The notes beneath the pieces are model-generated. The model was not told where the DNA came from and ran no database searches. It saw only the letters and a list, made by a program, of their open reading frames with translations. This document shows, piece after piece, positions 18,869 through 27,767 of a stretch of DNA of 64,000 nt (positions within the stretch are counted from its first letter, which is position 1; each line of letters begins with the position of its first letter). The stretch is from Burkholderiales bacterium. GTDB taxonomy: Bacteria; Pseudomonadota; Gammaproteobacteria; Burkholderiales; SG8-39. The translations under genes and the position numbers were made by a program. The DNA is taken from assembly GCA_036381055.1 (NCBI GenBank), contig DASVDO010000017.1:20025-84024 (forward strand). Direction: 5' to 3'.

Positions 18869-19291
18869 ATGAATGAACTCGTCCGCTGGGATCCGTTCAA
18901 GGCGATCGCCCCCTTCGAGAGCCTTTTCGACGTTCCGAGCCTGCTGCGGCCGATGCGCTCCGTGATCTCCGCCGGCCCGCGCATGGACGTGGCGGACTAC
19001 GACGACGCCTACGAGCTCGCGGTGGAGCTGCCGGGCGTGAAGAAGGAAGCGATCCAGGTGAGCGTGCACGAGAACCGCGTCACCGTGTCGGCCGAGCTGC
19101 CGGCGCCGCAGGACGAAGGCAACGGCCAGTGGCTGCTGCGCGAGCGCGACTACGGCAAGTTCTCGCGCACCCTCTCGCTGCCCGAGGCGGTCGACGAGGA
19201 AGCTTCGCAGGCGCGCTACAGTGACGGGGTGTTGACCCTCACCCTGCGCAAGAAGGCCGCGAGCCGGCAGAAGCGCCTCACGATCCACTGA
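18869..19291 (+). CDS. Hsp20/alpha-crystallin small heat-shock protein
   Basis: GGAGG SD; RWDPF, MDV, ELPGVKKE, ERDYGKFSRTLSLP, ARYSDGVLTLTL. Confidence 0.95.
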   Translation: MNELVRWDPFKAIAPFESLFDVPSLLRPMRSVISAGPRMDVADYDDAYELAVELPGVKKEAIQVSVHENRVTVSAELPAPQDEGNGQWLLRERDYGKFSRTLSLPEAVDEEASQARYSDGVLTLTLRKKAASRQKRLTIH

Positions 19292-20406
19292 GAAAGGATC
19301 GCACCGCCGAAGTCGTGGGCGGCGGCTTCGCGGGGCTCGCCGCCGCCTGCGCGCTGGCCCGGCGTGGCTGGCGCGTCCGCGTGCACGAGCGCGCGGACCG
19401 CCTGCGCACTGCCGGCGCCGGCATCAACCTCTACGAGAACGGCCTGCGCGTGCTGGAAGCGCTCGGCGCCCTGGAGGACGCCGTGCGCGACGGCGCGCGC
19501 GCGCGCCTGCGCGAGACGCGCGACGAGCGCGATCGATTGCTCTCCACGCATCCGTGGGGCGAGGCGCGCGTGTTCGGCGTGCTGCGCCAGCGCCTGATCG
19601 ACGCGCTGGCGGCGGCGGCGCGCCGCGCCGGGGCCGAGATACTGACCGAATCGGAAGGGGTGTCGGCCTCGCCGGAAGGCGGCCTGACGCTCGCCGGCGG
19701 CGAGCGTCTGCAGGCCGACCTCGTCGTCGCGGCCGACGGCGTCAATTCGCGCATCCGCGACTCGCTCGGGCTGCTCGCGCATCGCCGCTTCCTGCCCGAC
19801 GGCTGCATCCGCGCGCTGATTCCCAAGGTCGACCCGGCGGAAGGCACCGACGGGCGCACCATCGAGTACTGGTCGGGCAACCGCCGGCTGCTCTACAACC
19901 CCTGCAGCGGCACGCACCTCTATCTCGCGCTCACCATGCTGCACGAGGACGAGCCGGCGCGCATGCTGCCGCTGCGCAAGGAGCTCTGGAAGGCCTCGTT
20001 CCCGCGCCTCGCGCCGCTCGTCGAGCGCATCGGCGAGGAAGCGCGCTACGACCGCTTCGAGTACATCCGCCTCAAACGCTGGTCGGCGGGGCGGGCGGCG
20101 GTGATCGGCGACGCCGCGCACGCCATTCCGCCGAACATCGGCCAGGGCGCCGGCTGCGCGATGATGAACGCCCTGTCGCTCGCGTTCTACCTCGACCGGC
20201 ACGCCACGGTGGAAGAGGCGCTGCACGCCTGGGAGCGCGCCGAGCGGCCGCTGACCGACCATACGCAGCGCATCTCGCTGCTTTTCGGCATGCCGGCGTT
20301 CTGGCCGCCGCGGCTGCGCCGGCTCTTCTACGCGGCGGCGGCGCGCTCGAGGTGGCTCGACGAGCAGCGCACGCGCACCGCGCGCCACATTCCCACGGGC
20401 GCCTAG
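19288..20406 (+). CDS. FAD-dependent monooxygenase (MHPCO/3-hydroxypyridine oxygenase-like group A); start uncertain, CTG proposed
   Basis: AEVVGGGFAGL, ADLVVAADG, IGDAAHAIPPNIGQGAGCAM. The GTG at 19315 lies inside the Rossmann beta-1 strand, so CTG in a CTGA overlap is proposed. Confidence 0.85.
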   Translation: MRKDRTAEVVGGGFAGLAAACALARRGWRVRVHERADRLRTAGAGINLYENGLRVLEALGALEDAVRDGARARLRETRDERDRLLSTHPWGEARVFGVLRQRLIDALAAAARRAGAEILTESEGVSASPEGGLTLAGGERLQADLVVAADGVNSRIRDSLGLLAHRRFLPDGCIRALIPKVDPAEGTDGRTIEYWSGNRRLLYNPCSGTHLYLALTMLHEDEPARMLPLRKELWKASFPRLAPLVERIGEEARYDRFEYIRLKRWSAGRAAVIGDAAHAIPPNIGQGAGCAMMNALSLAFYLDRHATVEEALHAWERAERPLTDHTQRISLLFGMPAFWPPRLRRLFYAAAARSRWLDEQRTRTARHIPTGA

Positions 20407-21404
20407 ACGAGCAGCGGGGGACGGTCGAGGCCGGCGGTCTCGGGCTGGCCGGTCATGACGTTGGCGTTCTGCACCGCCTGGCCGGCGGCGCCCTTGCCGA
20501 GGTTGTCGATCGCCCCGAGCGCGATGACCCATCCGGTGCGCGGGTTGACCGCGTACGAGACGAACGCCAGGTTCGAGCCGCTCGCCCAGGCGGTATGCGG
20601 GCCGCGGCCTTGCTCCGGCGGCATCAGCTTCACGAACGGCGTCTGCGCGTAGCAGCGGCGCGCCGCTTCGTAGAGCCGCGGCGCGCTCGCGGCGCCGCCG
20701 CGAGCCCGGGCGTAGCAGGTGGCGAGGATGCCGCGCGACATCGGCACGAGGTGCGCGGTGAAGGCGAGCGCGCTCGCCCGTGCGCCGACCTGCTGCAGCG
20801 CCTTCTCCATTTCCGGCACGTGCGGATGCGCCTCCAGCCCGTAGGCGAAGGCGTCCTCGTTGGTCTCCACGTAGCCGTAGCCGCTCGCGCCGCCGCGCCC
20901 CGTGCCGGTGACGCCGCTCTTCGCGTCGACGACGACGCCCTCCGACTCGATCAGGCCTTCGGCGACGAGCGGCGCGAGCGCGAGCAGCGCCGCCGCGGCA
21001 TAGCAGCCCGGGTTGGCGATGCGGCTCGAGCGCGCGATCTTCTCGCGCTGCCCCGGCAGCTCGGTGAGGCCGTAGGTCCAGCCCTCGGCGAAGCGATGGT
21101 CGCCGCCGACGTCGACGATCTTCACCGACCCGGGCACGCGCGCGAGCAGCCCGCGCGACACGCCGGTCGGCAGCGAGACGAAGAGCAGGTCGAGGCCGCG
21201 CACCTCCTCGGGGACGAAGCGCTCGATCACCAGCGCGCCGTGCGGCTCGCCGGAGAGCGCGGGAAAGCGCTGCGCGAGCGTCTGCCCCGCGCTGCGCTCT
21301 GCCGCGACGTAGGCGATGCGAAAGCCGGGATGCGCGGCGCACAGGCGAAGCAGCTCCGCGCCGCCGTAGCCGCTCACGCCGACGATGCCGATGCGCAGCG
21401 CCAG
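20403..21404 (-). CDS. argC: N-acetyl-gamma-glutamyl-phosphate reductase; start uncertain, CTG proposed
   Basis: IGIVGVSGYGG, IANPGCY, DAKSGVTGTGR, IDNLGKGAAGQAVQN; GGAG SD 7 nt before CTG 21404. Confidence 0.9.
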   Translation of the reverse strand: MALRIGIVGVSGYGGAELLRLCAAHPGFRIAYVAAERSAGQTLAQRFPALSGEPHGALVIERFVPEEVRGLDLLFVSLPTGVSRGLLARVPGSVKIVDVGGDHRFAEGWTYGLTELPGQREKIARSSRIANPGCYAAAALLALAPLVAEGLIESEGVVVDAKSGVTGTGRGGASGYGYVETNEDAFAYGLEAHPHVPEMEKALQQVGARASALAFTAHLVPMSRGILATCYARARGGAASAPRLYEAARRCYAQTPFVKLMPPEQGRGPHTAWASGSNLAFVSYAVNPRTGWVIALGAIDNLGKGAAGQAVQNANVMTGQPETAGLDRPPLLV

Positions 21405-21408
21405 CGCG

Positions 21409-21810
21409 CTACTCCCCGGTGCCGATCCAGCCCTTCTGCGAGATGTCGAAGATCACGCCGTCCGGATCGCGGAACTTCATCTCGAAGTTGGCTTCGTCCT
21501 GGGTCTTGCCGAGGGTGAAGAAGAACTGGCCGCCCGCGGCCTCCACGCGCCGGCGCGCTTCCTCGAGGTCGTCGACCTGGAAGCCGAAGTGGTGCGCGCC
21601 CACGAAGCCCGCCGCGTCCTTCAGGCCGGAGCCGGTCTCGCCCTTGTACTTGAGCAGGGCGAGGTTGATCACCCCGTCGGAGAGATAGATGCCCGAGCCC
21701 ATCTCGAGGTGCTCCTCGCCGACGCGCTTGAGGTCGAACACCTTCTCGTAGAAGGCCGCCGCCCTCTCCAGGTCCTTCACCACCACCGCGATGTGCCGCA
21801 GCCGCGCCAT
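21409..21810 (-). CDS. VOC/glyoxalase family protein
   Basis: LRHIAVVV..LERAAAFY, HHFGFQVDD, FRDPDGVIFDI. Confidence 0.9.
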   Translation of the reverse strand: MARLRHIAVVVKDLERAAAFYEKVFDLKRVGEEHLEMGSGIYLSDGVINLALLKYKGETGSGLKDAAGFVGAHHFGFQVDDLEEARRRVEAAGGQFFFTLGKTQDEANFEMKFRDPDGVIFDISQKGWIGTGE

Positions 21811-21854
21811 GGCTCCCAGTATAAGACGCTATCGCGGCCGGCTGAACGGGCAGC

Positions 21855-22733
21855 CTAGGCGAGCGCCTTCTGCGTGATCGGCGCCTTCGGCCGCGCGCTC
21901 TCGCCCGGCTCCAGGACGAAGGTGAACTGCAGCTCGTAGCCGCCCGTGGCGGTGCGGGTGAAATTGCCGATCAGCGCGCGCGTCACGCCGAACTGCGAGT
22001 CGGTCTCGAGGTACGGATCCTCCGGGTCGTACACCTGCGAGGCGATGGTCTTGAAGCCCGGCTTGTGGATCAGGAAATGCAGGTGCGCCGGGCGCATGTT
22101 GTGGCGCTTCTGGGCGGCGAGCAGCGTGCCGGTCGGCCCCTCGGTCGGCACCGGGTAGCCCGCGGGCTTGACGCTGCGGAAGCGGAACGACCCGTCGGCC
22201 TCGGTGACGAAGCGGCCGCGCAGGTTCATCTCGGCCTGCGTCGGGTCCTGGTTCTCGTACAGGCCCTTGGGCGAGGATTGCCAGACGTCGACCTCGGCGC
22301 CGGCGATCGGCTTGCCGGCCTCGTCCTTCACCCATCCCTTGAACGTCAGCTCGGGGCCCGGCGTGGGCGAGCGCACGATCGAGTCGCCGTTCGCGCATAG
22401 CGGGCTGCCCGCGCGATAGAACGGCCCGAGGTTGTTCGCCTGGGTCGGCCGGGCGCCGCGCGCGCCGTTGTTGAGCAGGCACACCAGGTTGGAGACGCCG
22501 AGCGCGCCGGCAAGCAGCATCGCCTCGTTGTGGCTGGGCGTCGTGTGCTTGCCGATGGCGTTCACCAGCGCGATCGCCTCCTGGAACTCCTTCTCGGTGA
22601 GGCGCGCTTCGCGCACGAAGGCGTGCAGGTGCTTGACCAGCAGCTCGAGCAGCTCGCGCGTGCGCGGGTTGGGCGTGCGGTGCATCTCGGCGAGCACCGC
22701 CTTGGTGACGTCTTCCTGGCTCTCGATGATCAT
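21855..22733 (-). CDS. Intradiol ring-cleavage dioxygenase (hydroxyquinol/catechol 1,2-dioxygenase-like)
   Basis: N-terminal linker helix; LGPFY, VWQSSPKGLY, GYPVP, MRPAHLHF iron ligands. Confidence 0.9.
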   Translation of the reverse strand: MIIESQEDVTKAVLAEMHRTPNPRTRELLELLVKHLHAFVREARLTEKEFQEAIALVNAIGKHTTPSHNEAMLLAGALGVSNLVCLLNNGARGARPTQANNLGPFYRAGSPLCANGDSIVRSPTPGPELTFKGWVKDEAGKPIAGAEVDVWQSSPKGLYENQDPTQAEMNLRGRFVTEADGSFRFRSVKPAGYPVPTEGPTGTLLAAQKRHNMRPAHLHFLIHKPGFKTIASQVYDPEDPYLETDSQFGVTRALIGNFTRTATGGYELQFTFVLEPGESARPKAPITQKALA

Positions 22734-22734
22734 C

Positions 22735-22760
22735 GACTTTCTCCGGCGAAGGAGAAAGTC
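22735..22760 (-). promoter_or_regulatory. Perfect 10-bp hairpin covering the dioxygenase Shine-Dalgarno
   Basis: Minus strand GACTTTCTCC-TTCGCC-GGAGAAAGTC, 1 nt before ATG. Confidence 0.6.
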
Positions 22761-22774
22761 TAACAGCCGCTCGG

Positions 22775-23638
22775 CTAGCGCCGGCCGCGCATGCGGCCGC
22801 CGTGGCCGCCGCGCTGGCCGCCATGGTGTGCGCGGTGATGCGCGCGGTGGCCGCGGTCGGGGAAGCCGTGATCGGCGCGCTCGCGCGACAGCGGCGCGCC
22901 GCGGACGATCGGCGAGTCCAGGCTGCCCACGATCGGCCGGTGCTGCGCGTGCGGCACCGGACGGTGCGGCTTCAGCGTCGGGGCCTTGCGGTGGTGGTGC
23001 CGGTGCCCATGCCGGTGCAGCGTCGGCACGACGACGATGCGCGTCACGAAGTGCGGCCGCGACACCCACGGCCGCCATGACCACGGGCGATGCGTCCACG
23101 TCCAGCCGCCGTAGACCACGTAGGGGTCGTACCAGCGAACGTAGACGAGCTGCGGATGCACCGGCTGCACGACGATTGCCCCGCCCTCCCGGCTAACGGC
23201 GTACTGATCGTCCGATCTCAGGTAGCCCGAGGCCTGCGCGCGCTGGCGCAGCACCTGGACCGTCGCCATGACTTCTCCCGGGTACGCGCTGTACGCTTCG
23301 CCGAGGTCGTGCAGCCATTGCGGGCTTTCCGCCATGCGCTCGAGCACTTCCGGATAGGCGACGAGCGCCTTCACGCTCGGCGCCCAGGCGGTGGATTGCA
23401 CGGTGGCGAGTGCCGCGTCGCCGGAGAGCTGCGGATTGGCCCGCACCCACGCCGCGGCGGCGGCGACGTCGTCCGGGTAGCGCGCCGCGTCGAGGATCTG
23501 CGACAGCAGCGGGTCGGGATGCAGCGCCACCGGCGCGAGCAGCGACTCGAGCTCGCCCGGGGAGTAGGCGCGCTGCGCGTGCGCGCCCGTCGCGCACACG
23601 GCGAGCAGCAGCACGGCGGCGGCGCGAAGAAGCTTCAT
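22775..23638 (-). CDS. DUF3300 domain protein
   Basis: Signal peptide; LLAPVALHPDPLLSQIL.AARYP, VMATVQVLRQRA, YVRWYDP.VVYG.W; His/Arg-rich tail. Confidence 0.85.
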   Translation of the reverse strand: MKLLRAAAVLLLAVCATGAHAQRAYSPGELESLLAPVALHPDPLLSQILDAARYPDDVAAAAAWVRANPQLSGDAALATVQSTAWAPSVKALVAYPEVLERMAESPQWLHDLGEAYSAYPGEVMATVQVLRQRAQASGYLRSDDQYAVSREGGAIVVQPVHPQLVYVRWYDPYVVYGGWTWTHRPWSWRPWVSRPHFVTRIVVVPTLHRHGHRHHHRKAPTLKPHRPVPHAQHRPIVGSLDSPIVRGAPLSRERADHGFPDRGHRAHHRAHHGGQRGGHGGRMRGRR

Positions 23639-23725
23639 GCGAGCACCGTACGCCTCGTCAGCGCGCCTCGCTGCATCAATGTGTAACCAGATGCTTCCGG
23701 CATGCTTTTCGCTCGCCCCGCGGGC

Positions 23726-24073
23726 ATGCGCCTCGTCTGCCTGCTCCTGCTCCTCGCGGCGTCGGCCGCGGGGGCGCAGGAGGCGAGCGTGCGGTTCCTG
23801 ATCCTCGATTTCGACTCCGACGGCTACGTGTCGCTCGCCGAGGCGGCGGGCATCGAGGACGTGGTGCTGCGCTTCGACCGCGCCGACCGCGACCGCGACG
23901 GCCAGCTTTCCTCGCGCGAGTTCGACCGCCTGGAGCGGATCAGGCCGCGCAGCGTCAGCATGAAGCGACACCAGATCCGCGCCACCGTATCCCGCGACGC
24001 CCGCGCCGTGGAGCGCGAGGCGGCCCTCGAGGCCGCCGCTGCCGAAGCCGCCTCCGGCGCCAGCCAGCAGTAA
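23726..24073 (+). CDS. Secreted EF-hand domain protein
   Basis: Signal peptide; DFDSDGYVSLAE and DRDRDGQLSSRE EF-hand loops; alternative ATG at 23702. Confidence 0.75.
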   Translation: MRLVCLLLLLAASAAGAQEASVRFLILDFDSDGYVSLAEAAGIEDVVLRFDRADRDRDGQLSSREFDRLERIRPRSVSMKRHQIRATVSRDARAVEREAALEAAAAEAASGASQQ

Positions 24074-24087
24074 GCGACCCCCCGTCG

Positions 24088-24861
24088 TCACGCGACCTTG
24101 ATTCGCGGGATCTGCGCGGCGGCGGCGGCGCTTTCGGGGGCGATGATGGCCTTGACCGGAAGGTGGTCGGACGCGATGGCGGCGAGCGGCGAGCGATGCG
24201 CCTTGAAGGCGAGCAGCGCGTGGCGCGGCCGCACCCAGACGCGGTCGAGCGCGACGATCGGCCAGCGCGCGGGGAAGGTGCGTTCGGCCACCGAGCGGCC
24301 GAGGATGCCGTTCAGCCAGCGCAGCGGCCGGCTGAGCGGCAGCCACTCGTTCATGTCGCCGAGCACCACGATGCGCTCCTGCATAGGGTTGCCGCGGATG
24401 ATCTCGAGCAGCTTGCGCATCTGGTAGCGGCGCTCCGCGGCGAACAGGCCCAGGTGGGTGACGATCACGCGCAGCGGCCGGCCGCCGACCTCGAGGTCGA
24501 CGTCGAGCGCGTTGCGCGGCTCGCGCCGCCCGTAGCCGAAGGCGAGCCGCCGCACCTCGAGGATGCGCCGGCGCGTGAGCAGCGCGTTGCCGAACGGCCC
24601 GTCGTGGCGCAGCAGCGTGAGTCCCGGCACGGCCTGCATGCCGAGCCGCATGGCGATGTAGTCGAGCCGGTAGTCCACTTCCTGCAGGCCCACGGTGTCG
24701 CACTGCAGCTCGGCGATCACCGCGGCGATGCGCGCCGCGTCCTTGCGCCCGTCGGCGCCGATGCAGCTATGGACGTTGTAGGAGGCGATCCTCAGGCACG
24801 ACGGGCTGAGGTGCTCGGAGAGCGCCGTCCAGTTAGCTAGGCTGGCGGCCGGATTCGGCAT
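24088..24861 (-). CDS. Endonuclease/exonuclease/phosphatase family protein (YbhP-like)
   Basis: SYNVH, GLQEV, THLGL, GDMNE, LDRVW, SDHLP. Confidence 0.9.
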   Translation of the reverse strand: MPNPAASLANWTALSEHLSPSCLRIASYNVHSCIGADGRKDAARIAAVIAELQCDTVGLQEVDYRLDYIAMRLGMQAVPGLTLLRHDGPFGNALLTRRRILEVRRLAFGYGRREPRNALDVDLEVGGRPLRVIVTHLGLFAAERRYQMRKLLEIIRGNPMQERIVVLGDMNEWLPLSRPLRWLNGILGRSVAERTFPARWPIVALDRVWVRPRHALLAFKAHRSPLAAIASDHLPVKAIIAPESAAAAAQIPRIKVA

Positions 24862-27049
24862 GCAGGCGGCGTCCCATGCGCGTAAACCAGCGCTTCACCA
24901 CCCAGATGCCGCCGCCGAGCAGGCCGACGGTGGCGGCGACGAGCCACCAGTTCACGTCGCCCGTGCCGGTGAGCGCGGTCTCCATCGCCTCGCCGAACAC
25001 CGTGGTGGCGAGCGTCCCCGGCAGCAGGCCGATCGCGGTGCCGATCACCACGTCGCGCAGCCGCATGTGGATCGCGCCGGCGACGATGCTCTCCACCGCG
25101 AACGGCGCGATCGGTACCAGGCGCAGCAGCGTCATGGCGAGCAGGCCGTGGCGCTTCAGCACGTCGATCATGCGGTCGAGCTTCGGCCCGGCGAGCCGGC
25201 GCACCGTGTCGCGGCGCATGCGCCGGCCGATGCAGTAGGTGACGACCGCCGAGCCGCAGATGCCGGCGAGCGCGTAGCCGAAGCCGAGCCACGGGCCGAA
25301 GGCGATCACCGCGGCGAGCGTGATCAGCGGCCGCGGGAACATCACCAGGGAGGCCGGCGTATAGGACGCCATCACCACCAGCGGCGCCCACCAGCGGCTG
25401 CCGAAGTCGTGCGCCCAGCCGATCGCCCGCTCGGGCGTCACGACCTGCGCGAGCGGCGTGAAGCGCCAGGCGGCGGTGAGCGCCGCGAGGGCGAGGAAGA
25501 TCAGCGCGAGCTGGCCCCACGCCGTCTTGTGCGGCGCCTCGGTTTCCTCGTGGCTGCGCTCGAGCAGCAGCGCGTCGAACGCGATCGGCTCCTCCGGGTC
25601 GGCGACCGCCGCGACCGAGAGCACGGCGTCGGACCACTCGGGCAGGCCGTCCAGCTCGCGCAGGCTGCGCCCTTCGCCTTTCAGCGCGGCGATTGCCGCG
25701 TGCAGCGATCCCGAGCGCTCGATCTCCTCCTCGAGCTTCGCCTGCGGCACGCCGAGGTGCTCGGCGAGCAGCCGGTCGCGGAAGCTGCGGATGCGCTCGG
25801 CGACCGAGGACCGGCCGCGCGCCTCGATCGCCACGTCGGCCTCGCTGTCCAGGCCGAACGAGCGGTTGCACAGGTTGGCGCTGCCCACGCGCAGCACGCG
25901 CTCGTCGACGATCATCAGCTTGGAGTGCACGTCGAGGCAGCAGCCGTCGGGCAGCCCGGGCACGTGCGGGTAGTAGACGCGGAAGCGCCCGTAGCGGTCG
26001 TTCTTGCGCAGCCGCTCGATCAGGCGCGTGCGCAGCACGTGCATGGTGTGCTCCTCGAGCCAGCCGTGCGAGAGCAGGCGCAGCACCAGCACCACTTCCG
26101 GGCCGTCGGGCTCGGCGAGCCGCTTCTCGAGCGCGGCGGCGATGCGCGGCGCGGTGAAATACTGGTTCTCGATGTAGATCGCCTTGCGCGCCGCGGCGAT
26201 CATGTCGAGGTAGAGCCGCTCGATCTCGCGCACCGCGGGCGCCTCGCCGCGCGGCGGCATGGTGCGCGCGATCGCCACCTCGACGCCCGAGAGCTCGGGC
26301 TCGAGCGCCGGCGGCCACGGATCGTGCTCGTCGCGCCGCACGCCCGGCGGCTTGAGGCGCTGGCCGGTGGCGTTCAGCCAGCGCTCGCGCGCCAGCGCGC
26401 CGAGGCTCCTCGCCGCGTCGCCGTCGAGCGCGACCATCGCGTCGTGGAACGGCGGGTAGGGCTCGTCGTCCGCGGTGCGGCGTGGATCGTCCGGCATGTG
26501 CGTCGGCTCGTCCCAGCGGCGCACCGTGAGGTCGATGCCGCCGATGAACGCCACCTCGTCGTCGATCACCACGATCTTCTGGTGATGCGAGCCGGCGACC
26601 GGATGCGTGTCGTCGTAGCGCAGGTGGACGCGGCGCGACGGCGTCCAGCCGAAGCCGTAGAGCGGCGGGAACTCGCGGTCGGTGCCGAACACCATCGGGT
26701 AGTCCCAGTTCAGCACGTGCACGTGCAGGCCGGCGCGCCGGCGCACCAGGTAATTCAGGAAGTCGCCGAGGAGCGCGGGCGGGCCGTGCTCCTCTACCGG
26801 GTCGAAGTGCAGGCGGGTCTGGCTGTTGAAGTCCCAGCCGAGGATGACGATCGAGCGGCGCGCGCGCAGCGCCGCCTGGTGGAAGGCGCGGAAGTAGGCC
26901 GCGGCGTCGACGAGCAGCGCGACCCGCTCGGCGCGCGCCACCGTCCAGCAGTTATAGCCCGGGCGAAACAGCGTGCCCGGCCGGGGTTCGGCGCTGCGCG
27001 GCGCGCTTCGGCGGCGCGGTCCGCGGTCGAGGTAGAGCACGCTGCCCAC
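24833..27049 (-). CDS. Phospholipase D family protein fused to a VTT (DedA/TVP38) domain
   Basis: HHQKIVVID and VHSKLMIVD HKD motifs; C-terminal VTT with LLRLVPIAPF. Confidence 0.9.
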   Translation of the reverse strand: MGSVLYLDRGPRRRSAPRSAEPRPGTLFRPGYNCWTVARAERVALLVDAAAYFRAFHQAALRARRSIVILGWDFNSQTRLHFDPVEEHGPPALLGDFLNYLVRRRAGLHVHVLNWDYPMVFGTDREFPPLYGFGWTPSRRVHLRYDDTHPVAGSHHQKIVVIDDEVAFIGGIDLTVRRWDEPTHMPDDPRRTADDEPYPPFHDAMVALDGDAARSLGALARERWLNATGQRLKPPGVRRDEHDPWPPALEPELSGVEVAIARTMPPRGEAPAVREIERLYLDMIAAARKAIYIENQYFTAPRIAAALEKRLAEPDGPEVVLVLRLLSHGWLEEHTMHVLRTRLIERLRKNDRYGRFRVYYPHVPGLPDGCCLDVHSKLMIVDERVLRVGSANLCNRSFGLDSEADVAIEARGRSSVAERIRSFRDRLLAEHLGVPQAKLEEEIERSGSLHAAIAALKGEGRSLRELDGLPEWSDAVLSVAAVADPEEPIAFDALLLERSHEETEAPHKTAWGQLALIFLALAALTAAWRFTPLAQVVTPERAIGWAHDFGSRWWAPLVVMASYTPASLVMFPRPLITLAAVIAFGPWLGFGYALAGICGSAVVTYCIGRRMRRDTVRRLAGPKLDRMIDVLKRHGLLAMTLLRLVPIAPFAVESIVAGAIHMRLRDVVIGTAIGLLPGTLATTVFGEAMETALTGTGDVNWWLVAATVGLLGGGIWVVKRWFTRMGRRLHAESGRQPS

Positions 27050-27058
27050 GTCCGGTTC

Positions 27059-27760
27059 TTAGCGGTCGCCGAGCCCGCGGCGCGGCGTCGCGGCCGGCGC
27101 GGCCGCGGCAGGTGCGGTCGCCGGCCCGCGCAACGCGTCGGCCGAGGGCGCGGGCGGCGCGCCGAAGCCGGCGCCGGGCGCCGGCGCGGCGCCCGCCACG
27201 CCCGCGCCGGGCGGCCGGATCGGCGTGTCGGCGATGCCGCGCGGCAGCGGGCTGTCGCTGCGCGAGAAGCGCGGCGTCTGCTGCAGCACCTGCGCCGGGC
27301 TCGCCGTTGCGCCGGCGACCGAGGCGTTCAGCGGACCGCTGCCGGCGATCAGGCCGTTCACCGGCGTCGTGCCGAGCGCGGTGGGCAGCGAGCCGCCGTT
27401 CAGGATCACACCGAGCTGCTGCGCGGTCGGCGCGGCGATGCCGTTGGCGATCGCCACCTGCCGCGCGTTCTCCAGCGTCTGCGCGATTTGCAGCGGGGTC
27501 AGGGTGCCGGCCGGCGTGAAGCTCACGACCTCGAGCAGGCCGCCGGGGAGCGGCGTGGTCAGCGTGACCGGCAGGCCGAGCGCGAGGCCGTTCACCAGGT
27601 TCTGGAAATTCACCTCGCCGCCGGCGAACGGCACGAGCTGCGGCGCGAGCCGCTGCACCTCGGCCGCCGGCGGCACGCCGACCTGCGTGCCCTGGAACAC
27701 CTGCGCGTGCGCGGACAGTGACAGGCAAAGGAACAGCAGCAGCAACAATGTGCGTCTCAT
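27059..27760 (-). CDS. Hypothetical secreted protein (paralog A)
   Basis: Signal peptide; QNLVNGL..G..VTLTTP core; Pro/Ala-rich tail. Confidence 0.7.
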   Translation of the reverse strand: MRRTLLLLLFLCLSLSAHAQVFQGTQVGVPPAAEVQRLAPQLVPFAGGEVNFQNLVNGLALGLPVTLTTPLPGGLLEVVSFTPAGTLTPLQIAQTLENARQVAIANGIAAPTAQQLGVILNGGSLPTALGTTPVNGLIAGSGPLNASVAGATASPAQVLQQTPRFSRSDSPLPRGIADTPIRPPGAGVAGAAPAPGAGFGAPPAPSADALRGPATAPAAAAPAATPRRGLGDR

Positions 27761-27767
27761 GGCGACC

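Noticed and set aside
22758-22764. GTCTAAC / GTTAGAC, an attC core-like heptamer
   Set aside because: No matching partner core or L boxes and no low-GC cassette ORF; better explained by the SD-masking hairpin.
27495-27505. GGGGTCAGGGT match to the REP core
   Set aside because: Only 11 bp, inside a coding sequence (reads TLTP on the minus strand), without the AATT/ATTC ends; likely chance in high-GC DNA.
24860-27721. 953-aa plus-strand ORF, and similar long ORFs such as 46136-48742 and 49712-52141
   Set aside because: Antisense shadows of well-supported genes; stop codons are rare in >70% GC DNA and the translations are Arg/Ala/Gly-rich without motifs.
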